Shown here: piece by piece, positions 43,869 to 59,626 of the stretch | Position numbering within the stretch: position 1 is the first letter of the stretch | Layout: each line of letters opens with the position of its first letter | Assembly (NCBI RefSeq): GCF_009914755.1 | Contig: NC_060938.1 | Origin: the human T2T-CHM13v2.0 reference genome, Homo sapiens | Direction: 5' to 3' (one strand) | DNA length: 64,000 nucleotides | Position numbers and translations under genes: made by a program | Notes under the pieces: generated by a model | Database searches by the model: none | Seen by the model: the letters and a program-made list of their open reading frames with translations, nothing else | What the model was told of the DNA's origin: nothing

Positions 43869-43993
43869 CTGTAACCCAGCAGGGCTTGAACGTGCTGGGC
43901 AGGCTTGTGGATGTGCAGTCGCTGAACCAGCTTCTTCAGGGTGAACCTTGGAGGATTCTTTTTCTCTGACACTGTATCACCGGCCTTCTCAAA
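43869..43993 (-). CDS. TEP1: TEP1 exon 8 (FEKAGDTVSE...VQALLGY)
   Basis: Minus-strand translation; acceptor tttccacag; donor GTGAGA. Confidence 0.9.
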
Positions 43994-44392
43994 CTGTGGA
44001 AACATCCCCAAGTCCCACAGGGGTCCTTTCATCCATGACCATGGGAACTTTCTTCAATAAAGCAGATTGTAAGACCATCCGATCCCTATGTGGTAATTTC
44101 TTTCTTCAAAATAGATTTGGCCAAGGAGCAGGAATAGAGGGTACAAATCTCTGGCAACAAGAGCTCCCATGGTAAGCAGCACAGGATGGCAACTCTTTGG
44201 GGTCACTGTTTCATTCACACAAGCAGTTAACATGGGTTGACTGGCTTGTGAGAAACAAGGTGGGGATAGAATGAACACAGGACAGCTTTGTTTGTAGAGG
44301 AGGGGAAAGGGAAAATCAGCTCCGATTTAAATCACTAAGACTCTTAATAGATAAATAGAGAAACGAGCACAATGCAGGCTACGAGGAGTTTA

Positions 44393-44851
<459 letters not shown>

Positions 44852-45291
44852 TTATAACGCTAATATATATTTTCCTAATCATCTGTTTTAATAACGATGA
44901 TGGTAGTGATAGCTAACACTTATTTACTTCCAGGAATTGTTAGAAATACTTTAAATATAGTAACTTATTTAATCTTTATGACAACCTAACAATGTAGGTT
45001 CTGCTTTTATTCCCATTTAATACGTGAGAAAACTGAGGCAAGAGAGGTTAAATCATTTGACCAATGTCTCATAGCCAGTAAGGGGTGGATGGAAGATTCA
45101 AAGCCGGGTGACGTGAATCCAGATTCTATGCTCTTAAATGCTACGTACAATACCTTATTTGTCCAAAAGTAAAAAGATTTTGTTTGGTTTGTTTTTAAAA
45201 CTTCCTGTGAAAGGTATATATTTCATAATGTTTTTAACTCACTTATCCAACTTTACTGACATGTCACCCGGCAGTAAAGTACAATACCAGC

Positions 45292-45652
<361 letters not shown>

Positions 45653-45788
45653 TCAGAACCTTACCCACAATCACAGCCAAGAATCCCCAGGAAGAAAGTA
45701 TTTTCAACCCTAATAGAATTTTGTTCGTAAATATTAGTCCAGAAGAGATTGTACATGCACATATACAACCCCAGAAGAAGGGACTCAC

Positions 45789-45860
45789 CTTTCTCTGCTC
45801 TTCTCTGAGAAACCCTATGTACCTTGGAAAACATCTGTGAGAAAATGGAGGCTCCATCCC
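45789..45860 (-). CDS. TEP1: TEP1 exon 7 (GMEPPFSHRCFPRYIGFLREEQRK)
   Basis: Matches the ORF at 45570-45887 (minus); acceptor ccctacag; donor GTGAGT. Confidence 0.9.
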
Positions 45861-46134
45861 CTGTAGGGACAGGAGAAGCAATTTCAAAAAAAGGGAACTG
45901 GCTGTCCTTGAAGAGATCCAGTCAATAGCCCTGAAGGTGCATCTCTACCAAAAAGGAAGCCAACTAGAAAAGAAGACTGCCCTGCACCATATGCCCATGA
46001 GCTCTACCCAGCTCCCCTGCATTTCTCTGACTCCCTTTGCTCCTGGTGTGGGACTCCCCAGCATCAGCATGCTCCCTTGTCCTGCCCTTCCTGGAGAAAA
46101 GGGGCGTGGGTCGAGGGCTGGGGCAGTGACTGAC

Positions 46135-46844
<710 letters not shown>

Positions 46845-47022
46845 TCACATTCTCCATGCTGGACAACCCAGCCTAGTGGAGGGAGAAGCTGTCCTGTCTG
46901 GGCACCAATGCTGAGGAAAGCTGAGGGGAAACCAAATTGCCTGAGAATTTTCTCCAAGGATGCAGTGAGCATAAGAGAAGGAATGAAGTGAAGGCCCAAG
47001 CTCAGGGAAATGAGCACCATAC

Positions 47023-47184
47023 CTGGTAAAGCTCAGCCACCTGGATCCAGTCAGAAGGCAGCTGGACAATGGCACAGAAATATCGTCGCAGGTGGGGGCG
47101 ACACGCCGGCAAGAAAGCAGCAATGGCCAAGATGTTATTGGCCACATTCCGGACGTTCAGCTGCTGCCTGGCATACAAAGATGC
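47023..47184 (-). CDS. TEP1: TEP1 exon 5 (ASLYARQQLN...VAELYQ; TROVE start)
   Basis: Minus-strand translation; acceptor gtcctag; donor GTATGG. Confidence 0.9.
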
Positions 47185-47862
47185 CTAGGACACAGGGTGA
47201 GAGGACTAGAATCTCAGTCACTCCTCCCGTAGCTTTCTGCCCTGAAATTACTTGCTGATTGAGTGTGCCTGTATAAAACCTTTCCTGAGCCCTCCACGTT
47301 GTCCACAAAATACGAAGCCCAGGCCACCTGACTTGGCATTCTAAGTCCTCCATACTCTATCCCTTACTCAACTTTCCAGCATGTCTTCTTCTGAGTCTAC
47401 TGACTGCCTTGCAAGTCAACCAGGCCTTTTCCTTCTTTGGAAGACCTCCTGCATCAACAGCTATCAAAAATTTATTCTGGGTTCAAATCATTGATTAAAC
47501 CTGCCATTTTCCAAAGCATCATAGAAGATATTTCCCACCGCGCTCTTCTTTGCTTCAGAAATGTTCACTATCTAATATTCCAGCTGTATTTGTATGATAT
47601 TTGGAAAAGTATTTTGCTTCCCTAACAATACTATAAGCTCCTTGAGAGAATGGGTACTTACTAAACAAACCAAGTCTAGTATACTCTTTCCCCACTCTTC
47701 ACTGAACCACAGGGACTAGGCCGCAGACTCACCCAGAAATCCTTCCTAAGAGAAGCTCCTCCCACCCCCAACATGAAGCTAGTCACCACCCCGCCACACA
47801 CCATAACCACACTCCCAGTCTACCAGCTTCACACCCCCATCCCCTCCTTCACACCTCAATAC

Positions 47863-47997
47863 CTTGAGGATAAACTCAGGCTCCAGGAGGGCAAGTTCAC
47901 GACAGATTTCAAAAATGGCAGCCAGGGTGGGGTCAGATGTATTGTTCATGTTTACTTCTGAGACCAGAGTAGAGCACAGCAAGCTCAGTAGAGCCAT
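47863..47997 (-). CDS. TEP1: TEP1 exon 4 (MALLSLLCST...EPEFILK)
   Basis: Matches the ORF at 47779-48057 (minus); acceptor ttcccag; donor GTATTG. Confidence 0.9.
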
Positions 47998-48146
47998 CTG
48001 GGAATTGAGAAAGAGGGAAGAAATGAGAAGAGAGGTAACAAGGACCAACTTAAGCATCCATGCAGACTAACTTACAAAGTCAAGGACAGAGAGAATGGAC
48101 CCGAGATGTGGAGTCCAGTTGAGAACTTACAAAAGGGGATTAGGGC

Positions 48147-48440
48147 CAGGCATGGTGGCTCACATCTGTAATCCCAGCACTCTGGGAGACTGAGGTGGGC
48201 AGACCACCTGAGGTCAGGAGTTCGAGAGCAGCCTGGCCAACATGGCGAAATCCCATCCCTACTGAAGATACAAAAATTAGCCAGGCATGGCAGTGCACGC
48301 CTGTAATTCCAGCTACTCAGGAGGCTGAGGCAGGAGAATAATGAATTCAGGAGGCAGAGGTTGCAATGAGCTGAGATTATGCCATTGCACTCCAACCTAG
48401 GTGACAGAGTGAGACTCCATCTCAAAAAAAAAAAAAAAGA
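48147..48440 (+). repeat. Alu SINE
   Basis: ggccaggcatggtggctcacatctgtaatccc... poly-A tail. Confidence 0.85.
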
Positions 48441-48644
48441 AAAGGAAAAGAGAGAAAGAAAGGAAAGAAAAAAAGAAAAGGAAAATAAAAGAAAAAAGAA
48501 AAGGGGATTAGGAAGTGAGAAATAAGAGCTAGGTTGTATCCCTACCTTCCCCTTCCAACTGGGGAGGGGACCTGGTTCAAGTACTCCACCACCAACCTCC
48601 CCTCCACACCATTATTAACCTTCCCCTAACTCTTGAATTTTTAC

Positions 48645-48812
48645 CTTCTTTTCCTGAAGGACATGGTCAGTAGGCTCTGGATGAGATTCAGAGTCTCCAG
48701 AGGTGAGCTTCACGGCCAGATCCTCCACCTCCTCCTCCTCTCCCAAGCTCAGACTATAAGAAGGCATTTGGGTCTCTGCCCCTTTCTTCTCTTCTGAATC
48801 AAACCAACGACC
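48645..48812 (-). CDS. TEP1: TEP1 exon 3 (GRWFDSEEKK...HVLQEKK; acidic stretch)
   Basis: Minus-strand translation; acceptor accccag; donor GTAAAA. Confidence 0.9.
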
Positions 48813-49693
48813 CTGGGGTAGTAGTGGCAGTTATGAATCACAGCAGGTATCCACAGCCCCTCAAAGCCAGATGGATCTGAAGGCAGCACCAGGCCACGGG
48901 AAAAGTCTACATCTCCATTAATAGCACCTCTAATGTTCTCTCCCTTCACACACCAGCACTGATGTGTCCTGTCTGACTTACTGCTCTCACACACCACCTT
49001 GCTCTACTCAACCTTCAGAGCCTTCGCCCACATGCTTCATGATCTGCCCCTGCTTTCATCTCTTCATTGGCGTCACAACCTGGGAGCATGGGGCTCTTCA
49101 CACACCTTTTAGGATATTAGTAAGATGTTTTGGGGGTCAGAAGAAAAAGGGCAAAGCCCCATATTAATCCCCCAGCAGCCTTGGGCTGCTTAACCTCTCT
49201 GAACCTCAGCTTTCTCTCATTCACTACCACCTATCTGATAGGGCCACTGGGAAATTAAATGGAGTGTTATATGTATGTATGACTCTTTGCAAAATGCAAA
49301 GCCCTAAATCAATGTAAGATGGCAGCAGTTGTAATCCTGATAACAACCCTGTGAAGTAGATTTTCATTAAATTCATTTTAAAGGCGAGGAAATTAAAGCT
49401 CTAAAGGGTTAAGAGGTTGCCCAAGGTTGCATAGTTTGTAATTGGCAGAGACAGAAGAGGGTTCAGATTAGCCTTGTCCCTCAACCCGAAACACAAGTAT
49501 ATACAGAAGCAATGTGTGTCTTTCTAGTGATTCTGAACTGTATACTAAATGTAGGCATGTAGATGTGTAAAAGTGGACGTGTATTTGCACATGCACAGAC
49601 AATTAAGTGGTCTCTGGTACAGGCCCTGATAGGGCTGTTGGAAAATTAATTAGCAGATGTATCTCATGCCTGATCTCAAAAGCACCTAACTGA

Positions 49694-50095
<402 letters not shown>

Positions 50096-50284
50096 TAGAT
50101 ATGCAATAAAAGTAATGATGCCAGTGAAGATGGTCCTGCAACAAAAGGCACCTTAGGAGAGGCTCTGAGGAGAGAAGATAGCCAGACACAGAGCAGCACA
50201 GAGGGAAACTGAGACACTGAAAGCTAGAGACAAGAGCATACAACAGACATGGCTGGAGTCAAGATGAGTGCCTGGAGCTATTAC

Positions 50285-50875
50285 CAAAGTTGCTTCCTGA
50301 GCTGTCTCTGTGGCAGAGATGGATTTCAGGGCTATAGGGCAGGTTGAAAGGTCTAGTCCCTTAGAGAAATGCTGAGCCCTCCAACTTGGAGGCTCAGAGA
50401 GCAGGCAATTGCTGTTGTTCACACGGTACAAATCAGCTTGCGTCATGTGAGATATCTGTAGACTCTGGAACAAGGGGCTGGCAGACACAGTGCTCTTTAG
50501 ACTAGAGAGGGTGGCCAGGCACCGGTTCTCCAAGGAGAGGATGTCTGGGTGGGCAGAAACATGTCCATGTGGTTTCTCCATGGTCTTCAGGTCAGAAAGT
50601 GTGGCCAGGCACTGGTTCTCCAAGGAGAGGATGTCTGGGTGGGCAGACACATATCCATGTGGTTTTTCCATGGTCTTCAGGTCAGGAAGCGTGGCTAGGC
50701 ACTGGTTCTTCAAGGAGAGGATATCTGAGTGGGTAGATACATGCTGATGTAGTTTCTCCAAGGGCTGTAAGTCAGGGAGCATAGCCAGGCACCGGTTCTC
50801 CAAGGAGAGGATGTCTGGATGGGCAGACACATGCCCATGGAGTTTTTCCATGGCTGAAACTCAGCTTGTATATGC
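50285..50875 (-). CDS. TEP1: TEP1 exon 2 (24 nt of 5'UTR + start codon at 50849-50851; MEKLHGHVSAHPDILSLENRCLA... with four 30-aa N-terminal repeats ...TAQEATL)
   Basis: Matches the ORF at 50153-50851 (minus); acceptor ctccttctag upstream of the ATG; donor GTAATA at 50279-50284. Confidence 0.9.
50492..50851 (-). repeat. TEP1: 4 x 90-bp tandem coding repeat (TEP1 N-terminal repeats)
   Basis: ggccaggcac(c/t)ggttctccaaggagaggatgtctgg(g/a)tgggcagacacat...ccatgg(t/a)ttt(c/t)tccatgg unit iterated four times at about 85-95% identity. Confidence 0.9.
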
Positions 50876-52140
50876 CTAGAAGGAGAGAAAGACAGGAGAT
50901 GAGCACCTGGCTGCACTGAGCGTGTATTTGCATGAGAGCATATCTTCCCCACAGCCCTCCTGATAATGCCAATGATTTGTGGGTAGAAAACAACCAATGT
51001 TGTTTTTCCCAGGACTGGGTTCATCCAGAGAATATTCTAAGAGAGAGGGATAGGGAAAAGGTAAGGCAGAGGCTTAAGAGCAGAGAAATTAAGAAAAGGC
51101 CAGGTGCAGTGGCTCATGCCTGTAATCCCAACACTTTGGGAGCTGAGGCAAGAGGATTCCTTGAGCCCAAGAGTTTGAGGCAAGCCTGGGCAACACGGTG
51201 AAACCTCATCTCTACAAAGTTTTAAAAAATAAAAAATATTTCTTAAAAAAAAAAACAACAAAAAGGAATGGCTGGAGAGGAAGGGACATGCCTTCTCATA
51301 AGAAGGTAAAGGAGACCCAACCCCCCTGACCCCCGCTGCAGGACTATCAGTTTGATCCCTACTTAGTAGAGAGGCCTCGCAATATAATCTGGACTGTGGG
51401 TTCATAGCTCCAGAGAAACAGGTACTTTAATCAAGTTGTCAATATTCACCACCCCAGCTTCCTTGCCTCCTATTCACTCTTTAACCAACTAAATGGGATT
51501 CTGTCCCCACCAGTCCACAAGTCCTCTTAGGTAACCAAGGAACTTTTTCTTACTCCCATAAATAAATATATCTTGGCCTTTATCTTATTTCACCCCTCAA
51601 GTAGAATATGACATTGTTGATTACTCTCTCATTAAAACTCTCTCTTCCTTTGCTTTCCATGATGCTACTGTCCTGATTTTCTTCTTAAAACTATTCTGAC
51701 TAGATCTTCTGAGGGATTCTTTCTCTGCCATTTCTTAACATCAATGCTCCTTGCAGTTCTATTCTAATCCTTTTACATACTTTCCTGGAGTGGTCTCACC
51801 CACTATGTGGCTCCAAATGACATTTCTATGCTGGCGACTCACAGATCTATTCCTGGACCTAGATCTCCCTTCTGAGCTTCATATTCACTTATCCATTTCC
51901 CCGTTGGACATCCCCACTGGATGACTCAAAGGTGCTCCAAATTCCACAGATCCTAAATGTATCATCTTTCTCCTTCTCATATCTCTGCCCCAAATCCATT
52001 CCCCTTCCTTTGCCCCCTTTGCCCACTGGAGTTGGAAGTGAGACAGACTTTACTTTGAATCCTCCTTTACCTTGGGATCTTGGTTGGATAAGATACTTAA
52101 ATTCTCTGTGTCTCTAGGGTTTTCTCATTTATAAAATTAA

Positions 52141-52470
<330 letters not shown>

Positions 52471-52811
52471 ACCTCACAGAGTTGTTATAGAAATAAATGA
52501 GAAAAAAATATTAGGCACTTTGAGCATTGCCTGGCACTAAGTGTTCAATATAGAAGCTATTATTATTTGTTATTATTATCCAGTAAACTACTAAATTCTA
52601 TTGATTCTACTCCCTCAGTGTCTCTCAGATCTATCCAATTCTCTCCATTCCTCCTACCACCACCTTTGTTGAAACCCTCTAATCCATGTGGTGACATACT
52701 GTATATAGATTTGTCTAAAGGACCTCCCTGCTAGAGCCAGATGTGGTAGCCTGCAATCCCAGTGACTCTCAGAGGCTGAGGCAGGAGGATCACTTGAGCC
52801 CAGGAGTTTAA

Positions 52812-53520
<709 letters not shown>

Positions 53521-54208
53521 AATTGTTTCTCTTTACTGAAATACAACTCCTGAAGGTAAGGGCTCCTTTGTCTTGCTCCCCTCTGCATCTTCAGCATCAT
53601 ACACAAAACCCGACTTCCGGTCACCTCCCAGCATCATCTCTCACTAACACCCCGATCTAACCCTCAGCACTCTAAGCTTCAATCATACAAATTTTATTTA
53701 GCTTATTAATTGCCAAGGTATCTCTTGACTACGGGCCTGTGCACAGGCAGATCCCTGGAACACTCTTTCTTCTACCAATACCACCCCTCCTTTACAAGGC
53801 CAAATGCTACTTTCCTCTCACTCTACAGACTTCAGTTTCATCAACTCCTCCAAAAAGCCTGTGCTGACACCAAGCCCCAGTCTGATTTAGGTGGCCTTCT
53901 CCTTGTTTTCACAACACCCATATGTCCCCTATCATAGAGCACATCACCTGTTTGTCTTTCTTCCCAATAGACCATTAAGTTCCTGAGGAGAGAGACCCTT
54001 TTAGCCTTGTTCCCACAATTGCTGGTCAGCGGGATTCAGAGGCTTTTGAGAATCTGGTAAAAGCTATGGAGCTTTTTCACAGAAAAAAAAAAAGTATATA
54101 CTGTTTTGTGCTCAATTTTCAGAGTGTCTATGAAGCCCATTTATGGACCTCCCAGGATCTCCATAAACTGAAAATTAGAAACCTCTGCCTAACAGAATGC
54201 TTGAATTA

Positions 54209-54340
<132 letters not shown>

Positions 54341-55084
54341 CTATTTAAAAAAAAAAAGGAATGTATTTTCTTACTTATTTGGACAAAGGCTAATCTCTCA
54401 TTCATATGTAAATATTTTGGGAATAATATTGTTAAGTCAACCACCTAAACTTAGTGTGAAAAAGCTTAGGGACAAAAGTACAGAACACTTCCAAGAAGAC
54501 CTGAATGACTAACAATCCAGGGCCAAAAAGGACAACAATATCTCACTGGACGTCAGTGTGACAAACACGTAAAAAATGATGGCTTCTGTGCCCAATACAC
54601 TTTGCTCATGTCGTTGCCCTATATAAGCCCCCAAGGAAAGGAGTGGGGAAACTCAGAATTGACTCAGATTTTTTTTAAAAGAGATCTCAAGCCAAAAATA
54701 AACAGAAAAATAAGGACAGTTTATTTGAGCAACATAGTGAGACTGTCCTATCCTTAAAAGGACAGTCTCACTATTTTGCTCATTTTATTGTTTTGCACCC
54801 TGGAGTTTTTGAAAGGAGATTCGGCTGAACCACAAATGGAAAGTTAAAGTTCCGTCCCCACTTCCATCTCTAGTTCCCTTCTCTGGAAGTAAACATTGCT
54901 AACAGTTTTATACTAACAGTTTCACAGTTTCTATGCATATGCAAATACATGCCTTCACCATCACCACTGCTTTTGCTTTTGCTTTACACAAACAGGATCA
55001 TAAGTTAGATGCTATTCTGCACTTAGTATATCTCAGAGACCTTGCCCTGTTAACACATTAATACCCACCTCACTCTTTCCTTTT

Positions 55085-55350
<266 letters not shown>

Positions 55351-55559
55351 GCCCGGCCTCCACCTCACTCTTCAAGTGGCTGTATGGTAGTCTAGCACAT
55401 TTAAGCAGTCTGGGTTTCTATTATCACAAACGGTTCTCATACTACCATTTGTTGGTGACAGCCACTGTCCCCTTTCGATGGGCACACAGGGCAAGGAAGT
55501 AAGAGGGGATGATTCTTACGTGGTCTCTCTTCCTGTCCCTCCCTCTCCTTCAGCCTTCT

Positions 55560-56060
55560 CCTCCTCCTTTCTCACCTCCCCTTTCACGCAGTATACACTC
55601 CCTCCCCTTCCCGGAGCCGCCGGGAGGAGCAGGGTGGATGCACCCCTAGCTGAGTCTCGGGTTGTTCCTAACCGGCCCCGCCAGGCACTTCCCACCCAGC
55701 TCTCAGCCTCAGAGCCCAGCGCCCTAGACCCAGGGCCAGGGCAAGTTCTGCCTGCGCTCGGACCCCACCTTAGACTGGGGCTGGAAACCCTGGGTGCCTG
55801 ACCTGGGGCGTCCGATTCCCGCAGCAGGAAGCAGAAACTTCGCTCTGGATTCTGCCGGTGGGAAGGGTGGCAGCCGGGGGAGGAGCCGGATGCGGATCTG
55901 AGAAGAGACGGTGCGGGCGGAGACTCTCGGGCCCGGGCGGGGCGCAGCAGCTGCTGGAAGGGCAGCGAGCCGAGGGCCGGGCAAGACGACATGCCAGGGC
56001 TGCGACGCGAATGCCCAGGACCCCTGCAGCCTTTTCTGGGGCCCGAGTTTAGTTTGTTAT
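55560..56060 (-). promoter_or_regulatory. TEP1: CpG island; TEP1 promoter/TSS region
   Basis: About 70% G+C with dense CpG (..ccggccccgcc..ggcccgggcggggcgcagc..). The CpG island is seen directly; the TSS placement near 55.9 kb rests on recalled TEP1 gene-span and mRNA-length figures. No TATA box seen. Confidence 0.65.
55803..55900 (-). other. TEP1: TEP1 exon 1 (non-coding 5'UTR), approximate
   Basis: Must splice to the exon 2 acceptor at 50875; candidate donors are cag|GTCAGG (exon end 55803) or gag|GTGAGA (exon end 55576); TSS not determinable from sequence. Confidence 0.3.
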
Positions 56061-56754
56061 TGTTTCTATTTTTTTTCCCTTTCTGGTCCTATTTTCTCCT
56101 GTCCCTAGGGCTTCCCCCTCTACCAAATTCGTCTCCTCTGGCTAATTTTCGTCTTTTTTTCTCCCATTAACTCTTCAAACACCGTTTCCTGGAAAAGATT
56201 TTAGCATGCTCGCTGCCTAGCTGTACACCTCTCCTTCCTAATATCAAAGACGGTCAGACTCAATTCATCCTAAAGTTCCTTTGAGGAACTCCTTAAAAGG
56301 AGACGGAAAGCGGAAAGCAACCGCCTGTAACCAAGTGTAGACATCAGTCAATCAAAGTTCGCTGAACTGAGAGCAAGTGCCTCCCCTCCTGTTGATCAGA
56401 AGAGAGATCCGTGGATCACACAGAATCTATCTGGAGCCATCCTGAATGATTAATGCTGAACCCTTTCCAGGAAGATGGAACCAGGCTTAGGAAAGAGACA
56501 AGTGACCCTTAGGTTAATAATCCTAGCTTCATAAAGAGAGGACCAAACATAGTAGCAGGAGAAATATGCTTTCTGCCTTTATATAAAGCAGATTAGCTGT
56601 CTTCTGGAAAATATCATTGCTTTCCTTAGAGAGGTACCCTTGAGTCTCAGGTAACAGCTGAGCTTCCGCTCAGAATTGAGGGCATTCTGTCCTCTATTAA
56701 CTGAGCCAGTACCCCTTTCCTTCCTTAGAAACCTCTATTGCCACCAGTCCCAAC

Positions 56755-57130
56755 ACTCCCTGCAATGGTCTTTATGTTTGTGTCTCCCCAAAATTTATAT
56801 ATTGAAACCCTAATCCCAATGCGATGGTATTTAGGGTGGGATCTCTGGGAGGTCATTAGGTCATGGAGTTTAGAATACTCATAAATGGGATTGGTGGCCT
56901 CATAAGGAGAGACGGAAGAGCTAGCTAGCTCTTTTTCCACGATATGAGGATACAAGAAAACAGCCATCTGCAATCCCAAGGAAGACCCTCATCTTCAGAG
57001 GCAGACCATGCTGGCAATCTGATCTTGGACTTCCATTCTCTAGAACTGTGAGAAATAATATTTGTTGTTTAAGCCACCCGGTCTACGGTAATTTGTTATA
57101 GCAACCTGAACTAAAACATTTCCTTTTTAT
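56755..57130 (+). mobile_element. MaLR-type LTR (MLT/MST family), copy A
   Basis: ..ccaaaatttatatattgaaaccctaatcccaatgcgatggtatttagggtgggatctctgggaggtcattag...ctgatcttggacttccattctctagaactgtgagaaataatatttgttgtttaagccacccggtctacggtaatttgttatagcaacc. Confidence 0.7.
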
Positions 57131-57384
57131 AACAAATATTTTAAAGCTCTTTTTATTTTTCTGAAACATAATTCGTAAAGAATGTAACTTACCCCCACGC
57201 ACAATTTTAAACCAAAATTTAAAGACAAAAAGTAGAGACAGGGTTTTGCTATGTTGCCCAGGCTCTCTACCTCCAGGGCTCAAATAGTCCTCCTACCTTG
57301 GCCTCCCAAAGTGCTTGGATTACAGGCATAAGCCACCATGCCTGGCCAAAAAATTAGTAAAATCTCTTAAAGAGATATAAAGGA

Positions 57385-57474
57385 GTCTACGGCCATACCA
57401 CCCCGAACGCGCCCGATCTCCTCTGATCTTGGAAGCTGAGCAGGGTTGGGCTTGGTTAGTACTTGGATGGGAGA
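57385..57474 (+). pseudogene. 5S rRNA pseudogene fragment (about nt 1-90 of 121)
   Basis: gtctacggccataccaccccgaacgcgcccgatctcctctgatcttggaagctgagcagggttgggcttggttagtacttggatgggaga vs the 5S consensus GTCTACGGCCATACCACCCTGAACGCGCCCGATCTCGTCTGATCTCGGAAGCTAAGCAGGGTCGGGCCTGGTTAGTACTTGGATGGGAGA; about 8 mismatches, truncated 3' end, no T-run terminator. Confidence 0.85.
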
Positions 57475-57844
57475 TAAAAGGAATACTAGAAAGAATATGA
57501 CTTATAATTAAATACTATATGTTTAGATATGTAAATGTTTGTGTATAACATTCAAGAAGACACAATGTGGTACTCAGATATATGCATCTGTATATAAAAT
57601 CACCTGGAATGTAACAGCTACAAATGCAGAATGATACAGGCATTATAATGGCGATTCAAATACCATGAACAGAATTACTGATGTGGTATGATTTTCCAGA
57701 ATACTAAATAGCTTTTGGCAGATTTTCAAACAAAACAAGGTATGATCATCCCATGATTTTCATGGTAGTTGCATCCCTGGAAAGTTCAGTGTGTATTAAA
57801 ACTACGCATAAAATGCCTTGTGTTTATATTTAAAATTAAATTAT

Positions 57845-58150
<306 letters not shown>

Positions 58151-58934
58151 TTAGATCCTAATTAAAACGAGTTTTCAGCTACATGAACGACTGGCAAGTT
58201 ATTCAAAGTTAAAGATGCGGAAATGTCACTCATTGTGTGGTAGTGTCCTAAACAGTTCCTGAATGTTGAGCTATCCTGGGCCCTACCCATTTAAATGTGT
58301 AAAATCATCCTAATTATTGTGAAAGCCAAAAACACCCCCTAGAGGGCAGTACCACTCACATCGAAAACCTTCATTAGTGGTCTGTTTAGAGGAGAAAGAG
58401 AGGAGTTTGGTGAGGGAACACAAGAGCTAGGAAACCTGAAAGAAAGGGTTACGTGAGGTGACTACAGTGGGAGCATATTGAGGAGAAGGAAGTGAGGGGA
58501 GGGATTGAAGGAGTCCACACAGGGCCTTTCTTCTGAAGTCCAGCTTTATAAGGCCTCTTCCCCATAGAATATGCCTTAGATAATAATCCCAACCTCAAGA
58601 CCTCGTAGTCTGTGACTCTCTGTGGGAAACACCTGCCCCACCAGTGAAAGAACAGCATATGCAAGCCCTTCCATCATATTCCCATAAATATCAGACCTGA
58701 GAAGACTGGCAATACAGGAGGGAAGGCAATTGGTGATGGCTTCCTGATTGGCTTTGAGGATCTAGTTTTACTTTCTGGTTTCCTGAAGCAGCAAAGAGAT
58801 TCAAGGCCAGCAAGGCTTGTACACTGGAACTACCTGGAGATCTTTTAAAAATTCCAAAGTCCAGGCCACACCCCAGACCAATTAAATCGCAATCACCCAG
58901 AGTAGGACCCAGGCATCAGTAGTTTTTGAAGTTT

Positions 58935-59290
58935 CCTAGGTGCTATGGTCTGAATATGTCCCCCAAAATTCATGTTGAAACTCAATCTGCGATGTGATAA
59001 TATTAAGGGTTGGGGTCTTTAGGAGGGATTAAGTCGTGAGAGCAGAGCCCTTATGAATGGAGTTTGCAGCCTTATAAAAGGGCTAGAAGAAACCAGCAAT
59101 CACTCCTTTGTTTGCCCTTCCACCTTCTGCCATGAGAAGATGCAGCAAGAAGGTATGTTCTCACCAGACACCAAATGCTAGTGCCTTGATCTTGGACTTC
59201 CCCAGCCTCCAGAATTATGAGAAATAAATTTCTATTATCTATAAAATTACCCAGTCTCAGGTATTTTGGTATAGCAGCACCAGTGGATGG
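58935..59290 (+). mobile_element. MaLR-type LTR, copy B (homologous to 56755-57130)
   Basis: ..cccaaaattcatgttgaaactcaatctgcgatgtgataatattaagggttggggtctttaggagggattaag...cttgatcttggacttccccagcctccagaattatgagaaataaatttctattatctataaaattacccagtctcaggtattttggtatagcagc. Confidence 0.7.
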
Positions 59291-59626
59291 AGACATCAGG
59301 TGATACTAATGTGCAGAAAAGTTTAGGAACCTCTGCTCGAGGGTCTCACTAATCAAAGTATGGGATTGTGGACCACAACATCAACATCACCTTGTTAGAA
59401 ATGCAGACTCTCAGGCTCTACCCCAGATCTACTGAATCAGAATCTTTTAACAATATTTTCAGGTTATTCCCACTCACATTAAAGTTTGAGAAACACTGAT
59501 CCAGACAAGTGGGGTGGAACCTGAGAATCTATATTTCCAAACACTGTGGTCAGGGCCCAGTGATTTGTATTTTAACAAGCTGTCCGGTTGGTTTTGGTAC
59601 ATGCTTAAATTTAAGAACCCCTGATT

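Noticed and set aside
55858-56108. Plus-strand ORFs within the CpG island (Arg/Gly/Ala-rich)
   Set aside because: Low-complexity translation of a CpG island; the annotated transcript here (TEP1 exon 1) is on the minus strand and non-coding
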